Origin: Candidatus Shapirobacteria bacterium
GTDB lineage: Bacteria > Patescibacteriota > Microgenomatia > UBA12405
Length of the DNA: 64,000 nucleotides
Assembly: GCA_041661765.1 (NCBI GenBank)
Contig: JBAZTV010000001.1
Location: forward strand, 300,791-364,790
Reading direction: 5' to 3'
Made by a program: the position numbers and the translations under genes. Below the pieces are notes generated by a model. It ran no database searches. It was not told the origin of the DNA and saw only the letters and a program-made list of their open reading frames with translations. Positions 47,074 to 57,271 of the stretch are shown one piece after another; positions within the stretch are counted from its first letter, which is position 1, and each line of letters starts with the position of its first letter.

Positions 47074-48312
47074 ATGAGATATTCACAACTTTTCGGTAAA
47101 ACCAGTAAAACCGTCGCATCCGATGCTGACAGTATTAATGCCAAATTATTAACCCAGGGCGGTTTCATTCAAAAAGAAATTTCTGGTGTTTATAATTATT
47201 TACCCTTAGGTCTGCGTGTTTTAACCAAAATCCAAAATATCGTTCGTGAAGAAATGGATAAAATTGGCGGTCAAGAAATTTTAATGCCCACTATGACTCA
47301 AGAAGAAAGTTGGGTCACCACTGGTCGTAATAATATGGATGTTCTTTTTCATCTCAAAGGTCAAGGCGACACCAATTTAGTTTTAAATCCAACTCACGAG
47401 GAAGTAGTCACTCCTTTGGCTCAAAAATACATCTTTTCTTATCGCGATTTACCAGTTGCTGTTTACCAAATTCAAAACAAATTTAGAAATGAAGCTAGGG
47501 CTAAATCGGGATTACTTCGTGGTCGTGAATTTAATATGAAAGATCTTTACTCTTTTCATGTCGATGAAGACGATTTAAATCGTTATTACGAAATTGTTAA
47601 AAAAGCTTATTTTGAAATTTACAAACGACTTGAACTTGATAATATCACTGTTTTAACTTTTGCTTCCGGTGGTGCTTTCAGTCAATTTTCCCACGAATTT
47701 CAAACTATAAATGAAAGTGGAGAAGATACTATTTATCTTTGTGAAAAATGTAAAATTGCCATAAATAAAGAAATAATTGACACTCAAAAAACTTGTCCTG
47801 AATGTGGTAGTGATAAATTAAAAACTGTTAAAGCCATCGAAGTCGGCAACATCTTCAAATTAAGAACCAAATTTTCAAAAGCCTTTAATTTTTATTATTC
47901 CGATTCTAAAGGTCAAGAAAAAATTATTGAAATGGGTTGTTATGGTATTGGACCGTCAAGAGCCATGGCTACCATTGTTGAAACTCATAACGACTCTAAA
48001 GGCATAATCTGGCCAAAATCAATCGCTCCATACCAAGTTCATTTGATCGGGCTTGATCTTTTTGATGAAAATATTAAAATTCAAACCGAAAAAATTTATC
48101 AGGATTTATTAGATAAAAATATCGAAGTTTTATTTGATGATCGTGTCGATGTCACCGCCGGTATTAAATTTGCCGATGCTGATTTAATTGGAAATCCAAT
48201 TAGACTAGTAATTAGTAAACGAAGTATTGAAAATGGTGGCATTGAATTTAAGAATAGAAACGAAGAAAAAAGCGAAATTATTCCTTTCGATAAAATTTTT
48301 TCAAGAATCTGA
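47074..48312 (+). CDS. proS: Proline--tRNA ligase (no editing insertion)
   Basis: 'PTHEEVVT', 'KFRNEARAKSGLLRGREFNMKDLYSF', 'EVGNIF', 'MGCYGIG'. Confidence 0.95.
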   Translation: MRYSQLFGKTSKTVASDADSINAKLLTQGGFIQKEISGVYNYLPLGLRVLTKIQNIVREEMDKIGGQEILMPTMTQEESWVTTGRNNMDVLFHLKGQGDTNLVLNPTHEEVVTPLAQKYIFSYRDLPVAVYQIQNKFRNEARAKSGLLRGREFNMKDLYSFHVDEDDLNRYYEIVKKAYFEIYKRLELDNITVLTFASGGAFSQFSHEFQTINESGEDTIYLCEKCKIAINKEIIDTQKTCPECGSDKLKTVKAIEVGNIFKLRTKFSKAFNFYYSDSKGQEKIIEMGCYGIGPSRAMATIVETHNDSKGIIWPKSIAPYQVHLIGLDLFDENIKIQTEKIYQDLLDKNIEVLFDDRVDVTAGIKFADADLIGNPIRLVISKRSIENGGIEFKNRNEEKSEIIPFDKIFSRI

Positions 48313-48355
48313 ATTTTAAATTAAAAATTAATTTTAAATAAGTTATACTGTATTC

Positions 48356-50482
48356 ATGGCTAAACGAGGTCGCAAGAAAAAACATGCTTTTCCAGTTTTA
48401 AAATTAAAACAAGAAACAGTAAAAACTATTTTTTTTATTTTTTTCTTAGTTCTGTCAATTATCTCTCTTTTTTCCTTTCTTCAAACCGGTCCGTATTCAA
48501 TTGCATTAAATCTTAAATTAGTAGAATGGTTTGGTTTAATCTCCGTTTTTATTCCATTTTTACTACTACTCACCTCGTTTCTATTCACCAAAATGAAAGT
48601 TCCGTTAAAGGAAGCGAATGTCTTTTTCGGCACTTTAATTATGTTTATTTCTCTGCTTGGTCTTTTAAAACAGGGTAGTGTCGGACTTTTCTTTGGTGAT
48701 CAAATTGCCAATCTTTGGGGTGAATTACCTCGATTTTTTATTTTCTTTTTTTCTGGAATTGCTGGTTTTGTCATTCTTTTCGATACTAATGTCAGCCAAA
48801 TCATCAAATTTTTCGCCAAATTTTTTAATGCTATTAAAAAATACACAGTTGGTAACGGAAAAGAAAGAGAGAGTAAGTCTGAGAAAAAATCCGGTCTATT
48901 TTTATCAGAACTTTCGCCTTTTAAATCCAACAATAAAAACGAAGATAATAAAGATGATCCAAATGTCGTTAATATTCCTCCTGTTATTAAATCTCCAGAT
49001 CAACAATTATTACTTCCAAATTCACCTCTCCAATCTTTATCAAATAATCAAATTTGGGAATATCCATCAATTTCCATTTTTGATGGCACTCCTGGTGCCA
49101 AAGCTGATCGCGGTGATGTTCGTAAAAACGCCAACATTATTGAGGAAACTCTAGAATCTTTTGGTATTCGTGCCAAAGTCGTCGAATACAACAATAGTCC
49201 TTCTGTTACTCAATATGCTCTTGAAGTGGCTCTCGGCACCAAGTTAGCCAAAATTATTAGCCTAAGCAATGATTTAGCCATGGCCCTTTCTGCTCCTGGT
49301 GGTCAAATTCGTATTGAAGCCCCAATTCCTGGTCGAGCACTAGTTGGAATTGAAGTTCCTAATAAAACTCTTGAAGTTGTCCCAATTCGAAAAGTTATCG
49401 AATCCGACGCTATGAAAAATGCCAAAAATAAAATTACTGTTCCATTAGGTCTCGACGTTGCAGGTAATCCAAAAGTGGCTGACATCGCTAAAATGCCACA
49501 CGTTTTAATCGCTGGTCAAACCAATTCTGGTAAGTCTGTTTGTGTTAATTCTTGGATTAGTAATATTCTTTTCCGATCCTCTCCTCAAGAAGTTCGTATG
49601 ATTATGGTTGATCCAAAACGTGTCGAACTAACTCCATACAATGGTATTCCCCATCTTTTAACTCCAGTCATTGTCGAACCAGAAAAAGTAATTTCTGCCT
49701 TAAAATGGGCTGTCGATGAAATGCAACGACGTTATAAAACCTTTACTGAGGTTGGTGCCAAAAATATTGAAAGTTACAATAACCTTTCCGGTTTTCAATC
49801 TATGCCTTTCATTTTAATTTTTATCGATGAATTGGCTGACATTATGTTATTTTCTCCATCCGAAGTCGAAGATAATATTTGTCGTTTGGCTCAAATGTCT
49901 CGTGCTGTAGGCATTCATTTAATCCTCGCCACTCAACGCCCATCAGTAAATGTTATAACCGGTCTTATTAAAGCCAATATTCCTACTCGTATTTCCTTTG
50001 CTGTCACGTCGGTTACTGATTCTAGAGTTGTTCTAGATACTCCCGGAGCTGAAAAATTATTGGGTCGCGGTGATATGCTCTATGGTCCTCAAGATCTAGC
50101 CAAACCAGTCAGAATTCAAGGTTGTTTTATCTCAGACAAAGAAATAAATATTTTGGTCGACTTTTTAAAATCCCAAAAAACTGCCGAATACGACGATCAA
50201 GTCGTTAGTCAGCCGGTTTCTGCTGGAAATGGCAAATCAGTTATAACAGCATCTTCTAATGGTGCTCCTCACGACCCTCTCTATGACAGTGCTGTTAAAT
50301 TAATTCAAGACACTGGTAAAGCCTCAACCACTTTCCTTCAAAGAAAGTTAAGTGTCGGTTATGCTAGAGCTGCTAAAATTTTAGATGAAATTGAGAGTGC
50401 TGGTTTAATCGGTCCGTCAAATGGTGCCAAGCCTCGCGATATTTTAATGCCTCACACTCAAGGTGACAGTTCGGCCGAATAA
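48356..50482 (+). CDS. ftsK: DNA translocase FtsK/SpoIIIE
   Basis: N-terminal TMs, 'IDELAD', 'ATQRPS', 'GAEKLLGRGDML', gamma domain. Confidence 0.95.
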   Translation: MAKRGRKKKHAFPVLKLKQETVKTIFFIFFLVLSIISLFSFLQTGPYSIALNLKLVEWFGLISVFIPFLLLLTSFLFTKMKVPLKEANVFFGTLIMFISLLGLLKQGSVGLFFGDQIANLWGELPRFFIFFFSGIAGFVILFDTNVSQIIKFFAKFFNAIKKYTVGNGKERESKSEKKSGLFLSELSPFKSNNKNEDNKDDPNVVNIPPVIKSPDQQLLLPNSPLQSLSNNQIWEYPSISIFDGTPGAKADRGDVRKNANIIEETLESFGIRAKVVEYNNSPSVTQYALEVALGTKLAKIISLSNDLAMALSAPGGQIRIEAPIPGRALVGIEVPNKTLEVVPIRKVIESDAMKNAKNKITVPLGLDVAGNPKVADIAKMPHVLIAGQTNSGKSVCVNSWISNILFRSSPQEVRMIMVDPKRVELTPYNGIPHLLTPVIVEPEKVISALKWAVDEMQRRYKTFTEVGAKNIESYNNLSGFQSMPFILIFIDELADIMLFSPSEVEDNICRLAQMSRAVGIHLILATQRPSVNVITGLIKANIPTRISFAVTSVTDSRVVLDTPGAEKLLGRGDMLYGPQDLAKPVRIQGCFISDKEINILVDFLKSQKTAEYDDQVVSQPVSAGNGKSVITASSNGAPHDPLYDSAVKLIQDTGKASTTFLQRKLSVGYARAAKILDEIESAGLIGPSNGAKPRDILMPHTQGDSSAE

Positions 50483-50490
50483 ATTTAATT

Positions 50491-51096
50491 ATGCTCCGCA
50501 CATCATCTCTTCTCAAAAATACTCGTCTCGACAAGGAATATGAATTAACCGATATTTCTAAAAAATTAAAAATATCCGTCAAATATTTAACTGCTATTGA
50601 AAATGAAGAAGTTAAAAATTTTCCCCAAGAACCATACTGTTCTTTAATTATTAAAGATTATGCCGATTACCTAGGTCTTAATGGTCAAGAAATTTTATCC
50701 TTCTTTCGACGCGATTTCGAACAAAAAAAACGAATCAAATCTGTCAAAAAATCAGGTTTTTCCTTTACTCCACAATTCACATTTAGTGTTTTAATTGGAG
50801 TTATTATTATTGGTTTTATTTTCTATCTCACTTCCGAATATATTAAATTCAACCGTCCACCTAAATTAAAAATAAATTGGCCGGAAACTATTAATAATGA
50901 AAGTTTTGATTTAACTGGTATTACAGATCCAGATTCTACTATTCGAATTAATAAGGACTTAATAATTATTGGTTCTAATGGTAGTTTTCAAAAGAAAATT
51001 CAAACAGGTTCCGATGGTGAAATTAAAATAATCGTCGAATCAAAATCACCCAGCGGTAAAACTACTGTCGAGGAAAAAACTCTCAAAATTAATTAA
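50491..51096 (+). CDS. RodZ-like HTH membrane protein
   Basis: 'KYLTAIEN', 'YADYLGL' HTH plus TM plus Ig-like tail; follows ftsK. Confidence 0.75.
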   Translation: MLRTSSLLKNTRLDKEYELTDISKKLKISVKYLTAIENEEVKNFPQEPYCSLIIKDYADYLGLNGQEILSFFRRDFEQKKRIKSVKKSGFSFTPQFTFSVLIGVIIIGFIFYLTSEYIKFNRPPKLKINWPETINNESFDLTGITDPDSTIRINKDLIIIGSNGSFQKKIQTGSDGEIKIIVESKSPSGKTTVEEKTLKIN

Positions 51097-51125
51097 TTTT
51101 TTAAAAAATAGTTTATACTGATTAC

Positions 51126-51386
51126 ATGGATATAACTCAAATCGTCATTATCATTAGTCTTTTAGCTATTACGATCATTATCGTCATTTGTGGAATTTAC
51201 TTTATCAAACTTCTAAAAGATTTAAATATCACTCTCAAAAAAACCAATCTAATTCTCGACGATGCCCATTTGATTACCGATTCAGTTGCCCAGCCAGTTT
51301 CTTCTCTTTCCGATTTTCTCATGGGTCTTAAAAATGGAGTTTCTTTTTTTAGTAATTTAACTAGAGATAAAAACAAAGATGACTAA
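51126..51386 (+). CDS. DUF948-like small membrane protein
   Basis: TM plus coiled coil, paired with YtxH-like gene. Confidence 0.55.
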   Translation: MDITQIVIIISLLAITIIIVICGIYFIKLLKDLNITLKKTNLILDDAHLITDSVAQPVSSLSDFLMGLKNGVSFFSNLTRDKNKDD

Positions 51387-51696
51387 ATCAGAAAATAAGA
51401 CCGATCCAAAATCAAATCCTGGTTTTATGTTTGGTTTAACCTTAGGTGCTGCTGTCGGTGCTCTTTCCGCAATTTTAATCAACAAAAGCAATGAAACAGA
51501 AGTTGTCCAAAATTTTGAATCCAAAGTAAAAGAATTTTTTCAGGATTTGGTTAGTGAAGCCAAATCAAAAAAAACAGAAGTAGTCAAAAAAATCGAATTC
51601 ATCGATGCTGAAGAGGAAAAAGAAAAGCCAGAAAAACCACATGTTGTCATCAAAAGGAAATCCACTCCCAAGATGTTTGTCAAACCAAAGAGATAA
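51379..51696 (+). CDS. YtxH-like protein
   Basis: 'FMFGLTLGAAVGALSAIL' motif. Confidence 0.6.
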   Translation: MTKSENKTDPKSNPGFMFGLTLGAAVGALSAILINKSNETEVVQNFESKVKEFFQDLVSEAKSKKTEVVKKIEFIDAEEEKEKPEKPHVVIKRKSTPKMFVKPKR

Positions 51697-51705
51697 ATTA
51701 TTTTT

Positions 51706-51894
51706 GTAGAGACGCATTGTATGCGTCTCTTGGTAATAAATTCAAAATAAAACATAATTAATTTAGAGACGCACGCAGTGCGTCTCTACTGACGATAAAT
51801 AAAATTTTATAGAGACGTTCTACAGAACGTCTCTATTGATATAAAAATTGAATAATTTGTTTAGTAGTAGGAACACGCCATGGCGTGTTCCTAC
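51706..51894. repeat. Cluster of four GTAG-type REP palindromes
   Basis: Copies at 51706-51730, 51764-51789, 51809-51836 and 51867-51894, separated by AT-rich spacers. Confidence 0.92.
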
Positions 51895-51926
51895 ATGAAT
51901 AAAAAAATATTGATATAATCATTCGT

Positions 51927-53741
51927 ATGAAAGCCCGTGATTTAAAGGAAAAATTCATTAATTTTTTTGTTTCTCAAAAACACATCGAAATTCCCTCCAG
52001 TAATTTAACTCCCGAAAATGATCCGACCACTTTGTTTATTTCCGCCGGCATGCAACAATTAGTTCCATATTTCACCGGAAAACCACATCCATTAGGTAAG
52101 AGACTAACAGATGTTCAAAAATGCGTTAGGACCGGCGATATTGATGAAGTTGGAGATTCATTTCATCATACTTTTTTTGAAATGCTTGGCAACTGGTCTC
52201 TTGGTGATTACTTTAAAAACGAAATGCTTCCTTGGAGTTATCAATTTTTAACCAAAGAATTAAATATTGATCCAAAAAATCTTTTTGTCACTTGTTTTAC
52301 TGGTAACAAAAACGCTCCCAAAGATGAATTTAGTGCTTCTGTTTGGAAATCTTTAGGCATGAATCAAGACAATATTATTTTTTTGGAAGATAATTGGTGG
52401 GGTCCAGCCGGTCTAACAGGTCCATGTGGTCCAGATAGTGAAATGTTTATCGATACTCATCCAGAATTACCAAAAGTCGATTTTAAAACAGGGGATAAAC
52501 AAGGCCGTTATTTGGAAATTTGGAACGATGTTTTTTTGGAATATAACAAAAATGCCGATGATACTTTTTCAAAATTAACTCAGCAAAATGTCGATACCGG
52601 TATGGGTGTTGAAAGAACAATTACAATTTTATCCGGTTTTTCGGACAATTATTTAACCGACATCTGGCAACCAATCATTAAAAAAATAGAAGAATTATCG
52701 GAAAAAAATTATAATGAAAGCCGTCCTGTCAAGGGAGGTGGTTCCGATGAAATCGGAGACGGAGGGTTTAAAAAATCCATTCGTATTATTGCCGACCACA
52801 TCAAGGCTTCTGTTTTTATTATTGCCGACGGCGTTGAACCCACTAATAAAGAAACCGGTTATGTTCTCCGCCGTCTAATTCGTCGTGCTATTCGTCAAGG
52901 GAAATTATTAGGCATTGAAACCAATTTTATTTCTCAAATTGCCGATGCAGTTTTAGATAATCAAGACAATTACGCCGGTGTTTACCCCGAATTAGATGCC
53001 AATCGCGATAAAATTATTTCAATCTTAGATGCTGAAGAAAATAAATTCAGAAAAACTTTAAACAATGGCCTTCGTGAAATCAATAAATTAATCGAAAGAA
53101 ATAAAAGTGTTTCTGGTAAAGAAGCTTTTACCCTTTATGAAAGTTTCGGTTTTCCAATCGAAATGATTGAAGAGGAACTTCAAAAAAACAATTTAACCTT
53201 AAATAAGGAAGAATTTGAAGAAGCAAAATTAGCTCATCAAAAGCAGTCACAAACTTTGTCTGCTGGCAAATTCAAATCCGGTCTAGCAGATAATTCTGAA
53301 ATCATTACCAAATATCACACCGCCACTCATTTATTACATTCCGCTTTAAGAAAAATTTTAGGCGACAATGTTCAACAATCTGGTTCCAATATCACTTCTG
53401 AAAGATTACGTTTTGATTTCTCTTATTTCGAAAAATTAACCGACGACCAATTAAAACAAATCCAAGATTTAATTAATCAACAAATTAAATTAGATTTACT
53501 AGTCGTCGTTGAAACAATGCCTTTTGTCGAAGCTCAGTCACAAAATGCTTTAGCTTTTTTTGGCAATAAATACCCTGAAATTGTCACGGTTTATACCATT
53601 GGTTCGGCAGAAAATTATTTTTCCAAAGAAGTTTGCACTGGCCCTCATGTAAGCCATTTATCGGAACTTGGTAATTTTGAAATCCAAAAAGAAGAATCAG
53701 CGGGGAGTGGTAAACGTCGTATCTACGCCATCTTAAATTAG
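51927..53741 (+). CDS. alaS: Alanine--tRNA ligase (short form, no C-Ala domain) with element insertion
   Basis: 'FFEMLGNWS', 'GPCGPDSE', 'VDTGMG', editing 'HTATH' and 'CTGPH'. Confidence 0.95.
   Translation: MKARDLKEKFINFFVSQKHIEIPSSNLTPENDPTTLFISAGMQQLVPYFTGKPHPLGKRLTDVQKCVRTGDIDEVGDSFHHTFFEMLGNWSLGDYFKNEMLPWSYQFLTKELNIDPKNLFVTCFTGNKNAPKDEFSASVWKSLGMNQDNIIFLEDNWWGPAGLTGPCGPDSEMFIDTHPELPKVDFKTGDKQGRYLEIWNDVFLEYNKNADDTFSKLTQQNVDTGMGVERTITILSGFSDNYLTDIWQPIIKKIEELSEKNYNESRPVKGGGSDEIGDGGFKKSIRIIADHIKASVFIIADGVEPTNKETGYVLRRLIRRAIRQGKLLGIETNFISQIADAVLDNQDNYAGVYPELDANRDKIISILDAEENKFRKTLNNGLREINKLIERNKSVSGKEAFTLYESFGFPIEMIEEELQKNNLTLNKEEFEEAKLAHQKQSQTLSAGKFKSGLADNSEIITKYHTATHLLHSALRKILGDNVQQSGSNITSERLRFDFSYFEKLTDDQLKQIQDLINQQIKLDLLVVVETMPFVEAQSQNALAFFGNKYPEIVTVYTIGSAENYFSKEVCTGPHVSHLSELGNFEIQKEESAGSGKRRIYAILN
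52719..52769. repeat. Hairpin repeat family 2 copy, in frame in alaS
   Basis: CCGTCCTGTCAAGGGAGGTGGT-TCCGAT-GAA-ATCGGA-GACGGAGGGTTT; encodes SRPVKGGGSDEIGDGGF. Confidence 0.8.
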
Positions 53742-53774
53742 GCTAAATCATCAAAAATATTGTATCCTTACATA

Positions 53775-55946
53775 ATGGGTATTAATAGTTTTTGGTTATT
53801 TTACATCGAGGCCGACAGTATTTTAGTCGCCCTAATTAATTGGGGAAATGGTCGTTTTTATGTTGCCTCAATTGGTCCGCGTGTCGCTTTCAATATAAAC
53901 GATCCTAGATCGATCGCTAAAGCTACTGACGAATCACTTTCAAGTGCTGCAGTCAGCGCCGATATCTCCCCCGAGCAAGAACCTCTTTTTGTTGGTTTAG
54001 TCATTCCGTCTTCTTGGGTTAGTGAAGATGGAAAAATTGTCAAAGAAAAATCAGAAATAATTTTACCTCTTTTAAAAGAATTAGATCTAAAACCATCTGG
54101 TTTTATGTCCAGCGATGAAGCCATAATTGAAGAGTCAAGCAAACCCGATGACTTTCCTGCCAGTTTCATTAATATTTATTTAGAATCAAATTCTTTCGAA
54201 CTATCACTCATCTATCTTGGAAAAATCAAAAAAAGAATTAGAAAATTTTTTGATGGTGAATTTAAAGCTCAATTAATCGAAGATGTTTTACTAGAATTCA
54301 ACTCCGAATCCACTCTTCCTCCTCAAATTTATATCTATGGAAATGCCGATGAATCAATTGTTGAAGAATTAAAAAATTTTCCCTGGGTTGGTAAAAAAAA
54401 TGTCGAGACTTTTCTTCATTTTCCTGATATTAAACTTTATCACGACGAAGATTTGGTCAATATTTTTTTCAAGGCTATCACTTCTCAAATGGTTGGCGGA
54501 GGTAATTCTTCTCATCAACCAGTTCCGCCAATTCCTCCTAAAGAACCACAAGAAATAAAAGAAGAGTTAGTAGAAGAATCCGAAACTCCAGATGAAATCA
54601 TTAATAATGATTCCGATATTTATGATTCGGAAATAATAGAAACCATAGAAGAAGTTTCTCCTGAAAATTTAGGTTTTACCCAAGAACAATCAAAAGAAGA
54701 ATTTATTGAAATACCAACCGCAGTTGAAACACCAATTTTCGAAACCCATATTCCTTCTAAAAAATTACCAATTAAATTTACTCTTCCAAAATTAAATTTC
54801 AAATTACCCAAGTTAAAAACAAATTTTTTATTTTTTATTTTTCCAGTTGCACTAATTCTCATTTTTCTTCTTATCTTTTTTTCCAAAGCTAAAATTACTC
54901 TTTTTTTAACTCCCTATGAATTTGAAAAAACCATCAACGTAACTTTAGATTCAGATGCTATTGAAATTTCCTCATCAATTATTCCAGTTGAAAAAAAGAA
55001 CACCAATATTAATTCTTCGGTTACAATAGAAACCACTGGTCAAAAAACTGTTGGTACAAAAGCCACCGGCGAGGTAACTATTTTCAATAAATTAGAAAAA
55101 GTTCAAAATATTCCCAAAGGTTCAATTTTAGTTAATTCAAATGGTCAAAAATTTGAACTAATTAATAGCGTTCAAGTCGCTGCCGCCGTTATAAATTATA
55201 GTACTGGCACTATGAATTTCGGTCAAGTCAAAACTTCCTTGTCCGCCTCAGATATCGGCCCTGAATATAATATCAGCAAAGATGCCGCTTTAACATTTAA
55301 AGATTTTTCCGAAACTTCAATCGTAGTTAAAAGCAACACCACTTTTGCTGGTGGCACCAAAGAACAAGTCAAAGCTGTTAGTAAACAAGACAAAACCAAT
55401 GCTGAAAATCAATTAAATCAAAAACTAACCGACGAAGCCGACAAAAAAATAAGTGAAGAACTCAACGATTCCAGTGATATTTTAAAGGAAACCATCCAAG
55501 TTAAAAAAAATAAAACCGAGTTTAATCGCGAAGTCGATGAACAGACCGATGAATTAACTGCCACCGCTCAATCAATCGTTAGTGTTTTTATTATTAATTC
55601 AGAAACAAAAAATAAAATCATCGAGCAATTTTTGTCCCAAGAAAATGGTTATTCTGATTCTGATAAAAATAAAAACTCCTTTGTTTTTACATTTAAAATT
55701 AATAAATTAGATACAGATCAAGCCACTGGTAGTTTAACCATTAAAGGTTCTTCTTTGCCTAAAGTTGATACTGCAACCCTTAAAAAGAATATTGCTGGAA
55801 AGACAGTTAAAAATGCCCAAAAAATTATTAAAAAAACCATCATCCGTGTTTACGATTTTAATATTCAAACCAATTCAAAATTATTAAATATTCTGCCTTT
55901 CAATAAAAACAATATTTCTATTGATGTAAAAATCAAATCAAAGTGA
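53775..55946 (+). CDS. Membrane protein with cytoplasmic N-domain and baseplate-J-like C-terminal region
   Basis: Central TM; 'KATGEVTIFN', 'IPKGSIL', 'GPEYNI', 'FAGG' pattern; ATG 53775. Confidence 0.6.
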   Translation: MGINSFWLFYIEADSILVALINWGNGRFYVASIGPRVAFNINDPRSIAKATDESLSSAAVSADISPEQEPLFVGLVIPSSWVSEDGKIVKEKSEIILPLLKELDLKPSGFMSSDEAIIEESSKPDDFPASFINIYLESNSFELSLIYLGKIKKRIRKFFDGEFKAQLIEDVLLEFNSESTLPPQIYIYGNADESIVEELKNFPWVGKKNVETFLHFPDIKLYHDEDLVNIFFKAITSQMVGGGNSSHQPVPPIPPKEPQEIKEELVEESETPDEIINNDSDIYDSEIIETIEEVSPENLGFTQEQSKEEFIEIPTAVETPIFETHIPSKKLPIKFTLPKLNFKLPKLKTNFLFFIFPVALILIFLLIFFSKAKITLFLTPYEFEKTINVTLDSDAIEISSSIIPVEKKNTNINSSVTIETTGQKTVGTKATGEVTIFNKLEKVQNIPKGSILVNSNGQKFELINSVQVAAAVINYSTGTMNFGQVKTSLSASDIGPEYNISKDAALTFKDFSETSIVVKSNTTFAGGTKEQVKAVSKQDKTNAENQLNQKLTDEADKKISEELNDSSDILKETIQVKKNKTEFNREVDEQTDELTATAQSIVSVFIINSETKNKIIEQFLSQENGYSDSDKNKNSFVFTFKINKLDTDQATGSLTIKGSSLPKVDTATLKKNIAGKTVKNAQKIIKKTIIRVYDFNIQTNSKLLNILPFNKNNISIDVKIKSK

Positions 55947-56662
55947 GCTATATTTATATTAAAAAAACACCACCCACTTCAAAATCTAAATCAATAGCTA
56001 AAAAAAAAGCGTTAGCTGTTTCGCTTTTATGTCTTGGATTATTTTTTTTCGCTTCAGCTATTTTTCCCATCATTAAATTCCAATTACAATATTCAATTAA
56101 TTTTAATCAGTTAATAAATCCACTATCACTCCAAAATTATAATACCTCTCAAAATATTTTAGGAGCAGCCGCCACCGATTACACTCAAATTTCTAGCTGG
56201 TTTGACTCTGATTCTTCAAACTCTAGCCAAATTTTTTCAAATGACAAAACTTTTACTTATCTTTTATCTATTCCAAAATTAAAAGTCAGTAATGCAGTCG
56301 TTACTGTTGGTAGCATGGATCTTAAGAAAAGCTTAGTCCAATATCCTCAAACTGCTCTTCCAGGCCAACTCGGCAATACTGTTATATTTGGCCACTCCGT
56401 TTTGCCTCAATTTTTCAACCCCAAATCATACCTTACAATTTTTTCTACACTTTACAAACTTGAACAAGGTGATGAGATTTTAATTGATTATGACAATGTT
56501 CAATATGAATATATTGTTGATGAAATGTATGAAGTTAAACCAACCGATCTTTCGGTTTTAGAACAGCGTTTCGATCAAAAAAATTTAACACTCATCACCT
56601 GTAGTCCACCAGGAACTTATCTTCGTCGTCTCATCATTAAGACCAGCCTTTCAGCAAAGTAA
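55943..56662 (+). CDS. Sortase
   Basis: N-terminal TM, 'IPKL', 'IFGHS', 'LTLITC', Arg in 'RRLII'. Confidence 0.92.
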   Translation: MSYIYIKKTPPTSKSKSIAKKKALAVSLLCLGLFFFASAIFPIIKFQLQYSINFNQLINPLSLQNYNTSQNILGAAATDYTQISSWFDSDSSNSSQIFSNDKTFTYLLSIPKLKVSNAVVTVGSMDLKKSLVQYPQTALPGQLGNTVIFGHSVLPQFFNPKSYLTIFSTLYKLEQGDEILIDYDNVQYEYIVDEMYEVKPTDLSVLEQRFDQKNLTLITCSPPGTYLRRLIIKTSLSAK

Positions 56663-56680
56663 TTTTTGTTATAATTCCCT

Positions 56681-57055
56681 ATGAATTATTTAGCCATCGA
56701 TTATGGAACTAAAAATATTGGTCTTGCCATATCGACTCTTGGAATAATTTCTACCATTCCTGCCATTAAAAATGACAACAATATTATTGATAATTTAAAA
56801 AAAATTATTACTGATTACGAAATTGATGGTATTTATGTTGGCGTTTCAGAAGGGGAGGTAGCTAAGCTTACCAAAGCCTTTGTCAATAAACTTCGCGACA
56901 TGCTACAATTAGATATTGAGACAGTTGAAGAAGCTGTTAGCACTATCGAAGCTCAGCAAATTTACATTCAAAATAAAAACAAAAAGAAAGATTATAAAAA
57001 ATTAATCGATTCAGTTGCTGCCGCTGTTATTTTAAGGAGAGTTACAGGTTACTAA
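56681..57055 (+). CDS. ruvX: Holliday junction resolvase-like RuvX/YqgF
   Basis: 'LAIDYGTKNIGLAIS', 'IDSVAAAVIL'. Confidence 0.88.
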   Translation: MNYLAIDYGTKNIGLAISTLGIISTIPAIKNDNNIIDNLKKIITDYEIDGIYVGVSEGEVAKLTKAFVNKLRDMLQLDIETVEEAVSTIEAQQIYIQNKNKKKDYKKLIDSVAAAVILRRVTGY

Positions 57056-57068
57056 TTAAAAATAAACT

Positions 57069-57266
57069 ATGATTAAAAATCTAATTTCCCCCATCCAAGC
57101 TTGGTTGTTATCTCAAGGTCGTTGCGTCGGTTGCGGTGCCACTCTTTCTCATGGTGTCAAAAAAGATGTCCGAGGAAAAACCACTGTCACCTGTAAATGC
57201 GGTCGTATTTTTATCTACGATAAATCTAAAAAAACATATCGTCGTGCATTATTTGATGAGGTCTAA
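57069..57266 (+). CDS. Small zinc-ribbon protein
   Basis: CVGC...CKC motif; operonic position. Confidence 0.65.
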   Translation: MIKNLISPIQAWLLSQGRCVGCGATLSHGVKKDVRGKTTVTCKCGRIFIYDKSKKTYRRALFDEV

Positions 57267-57271
57267 TTAAA

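Noticed and set aside
51706-51894. CRISPR array
   Set aside because: Repeats vary internally, spacers are uneven and very AT-rich, no cas genes are present, and the same units are dispersed singly as REPs
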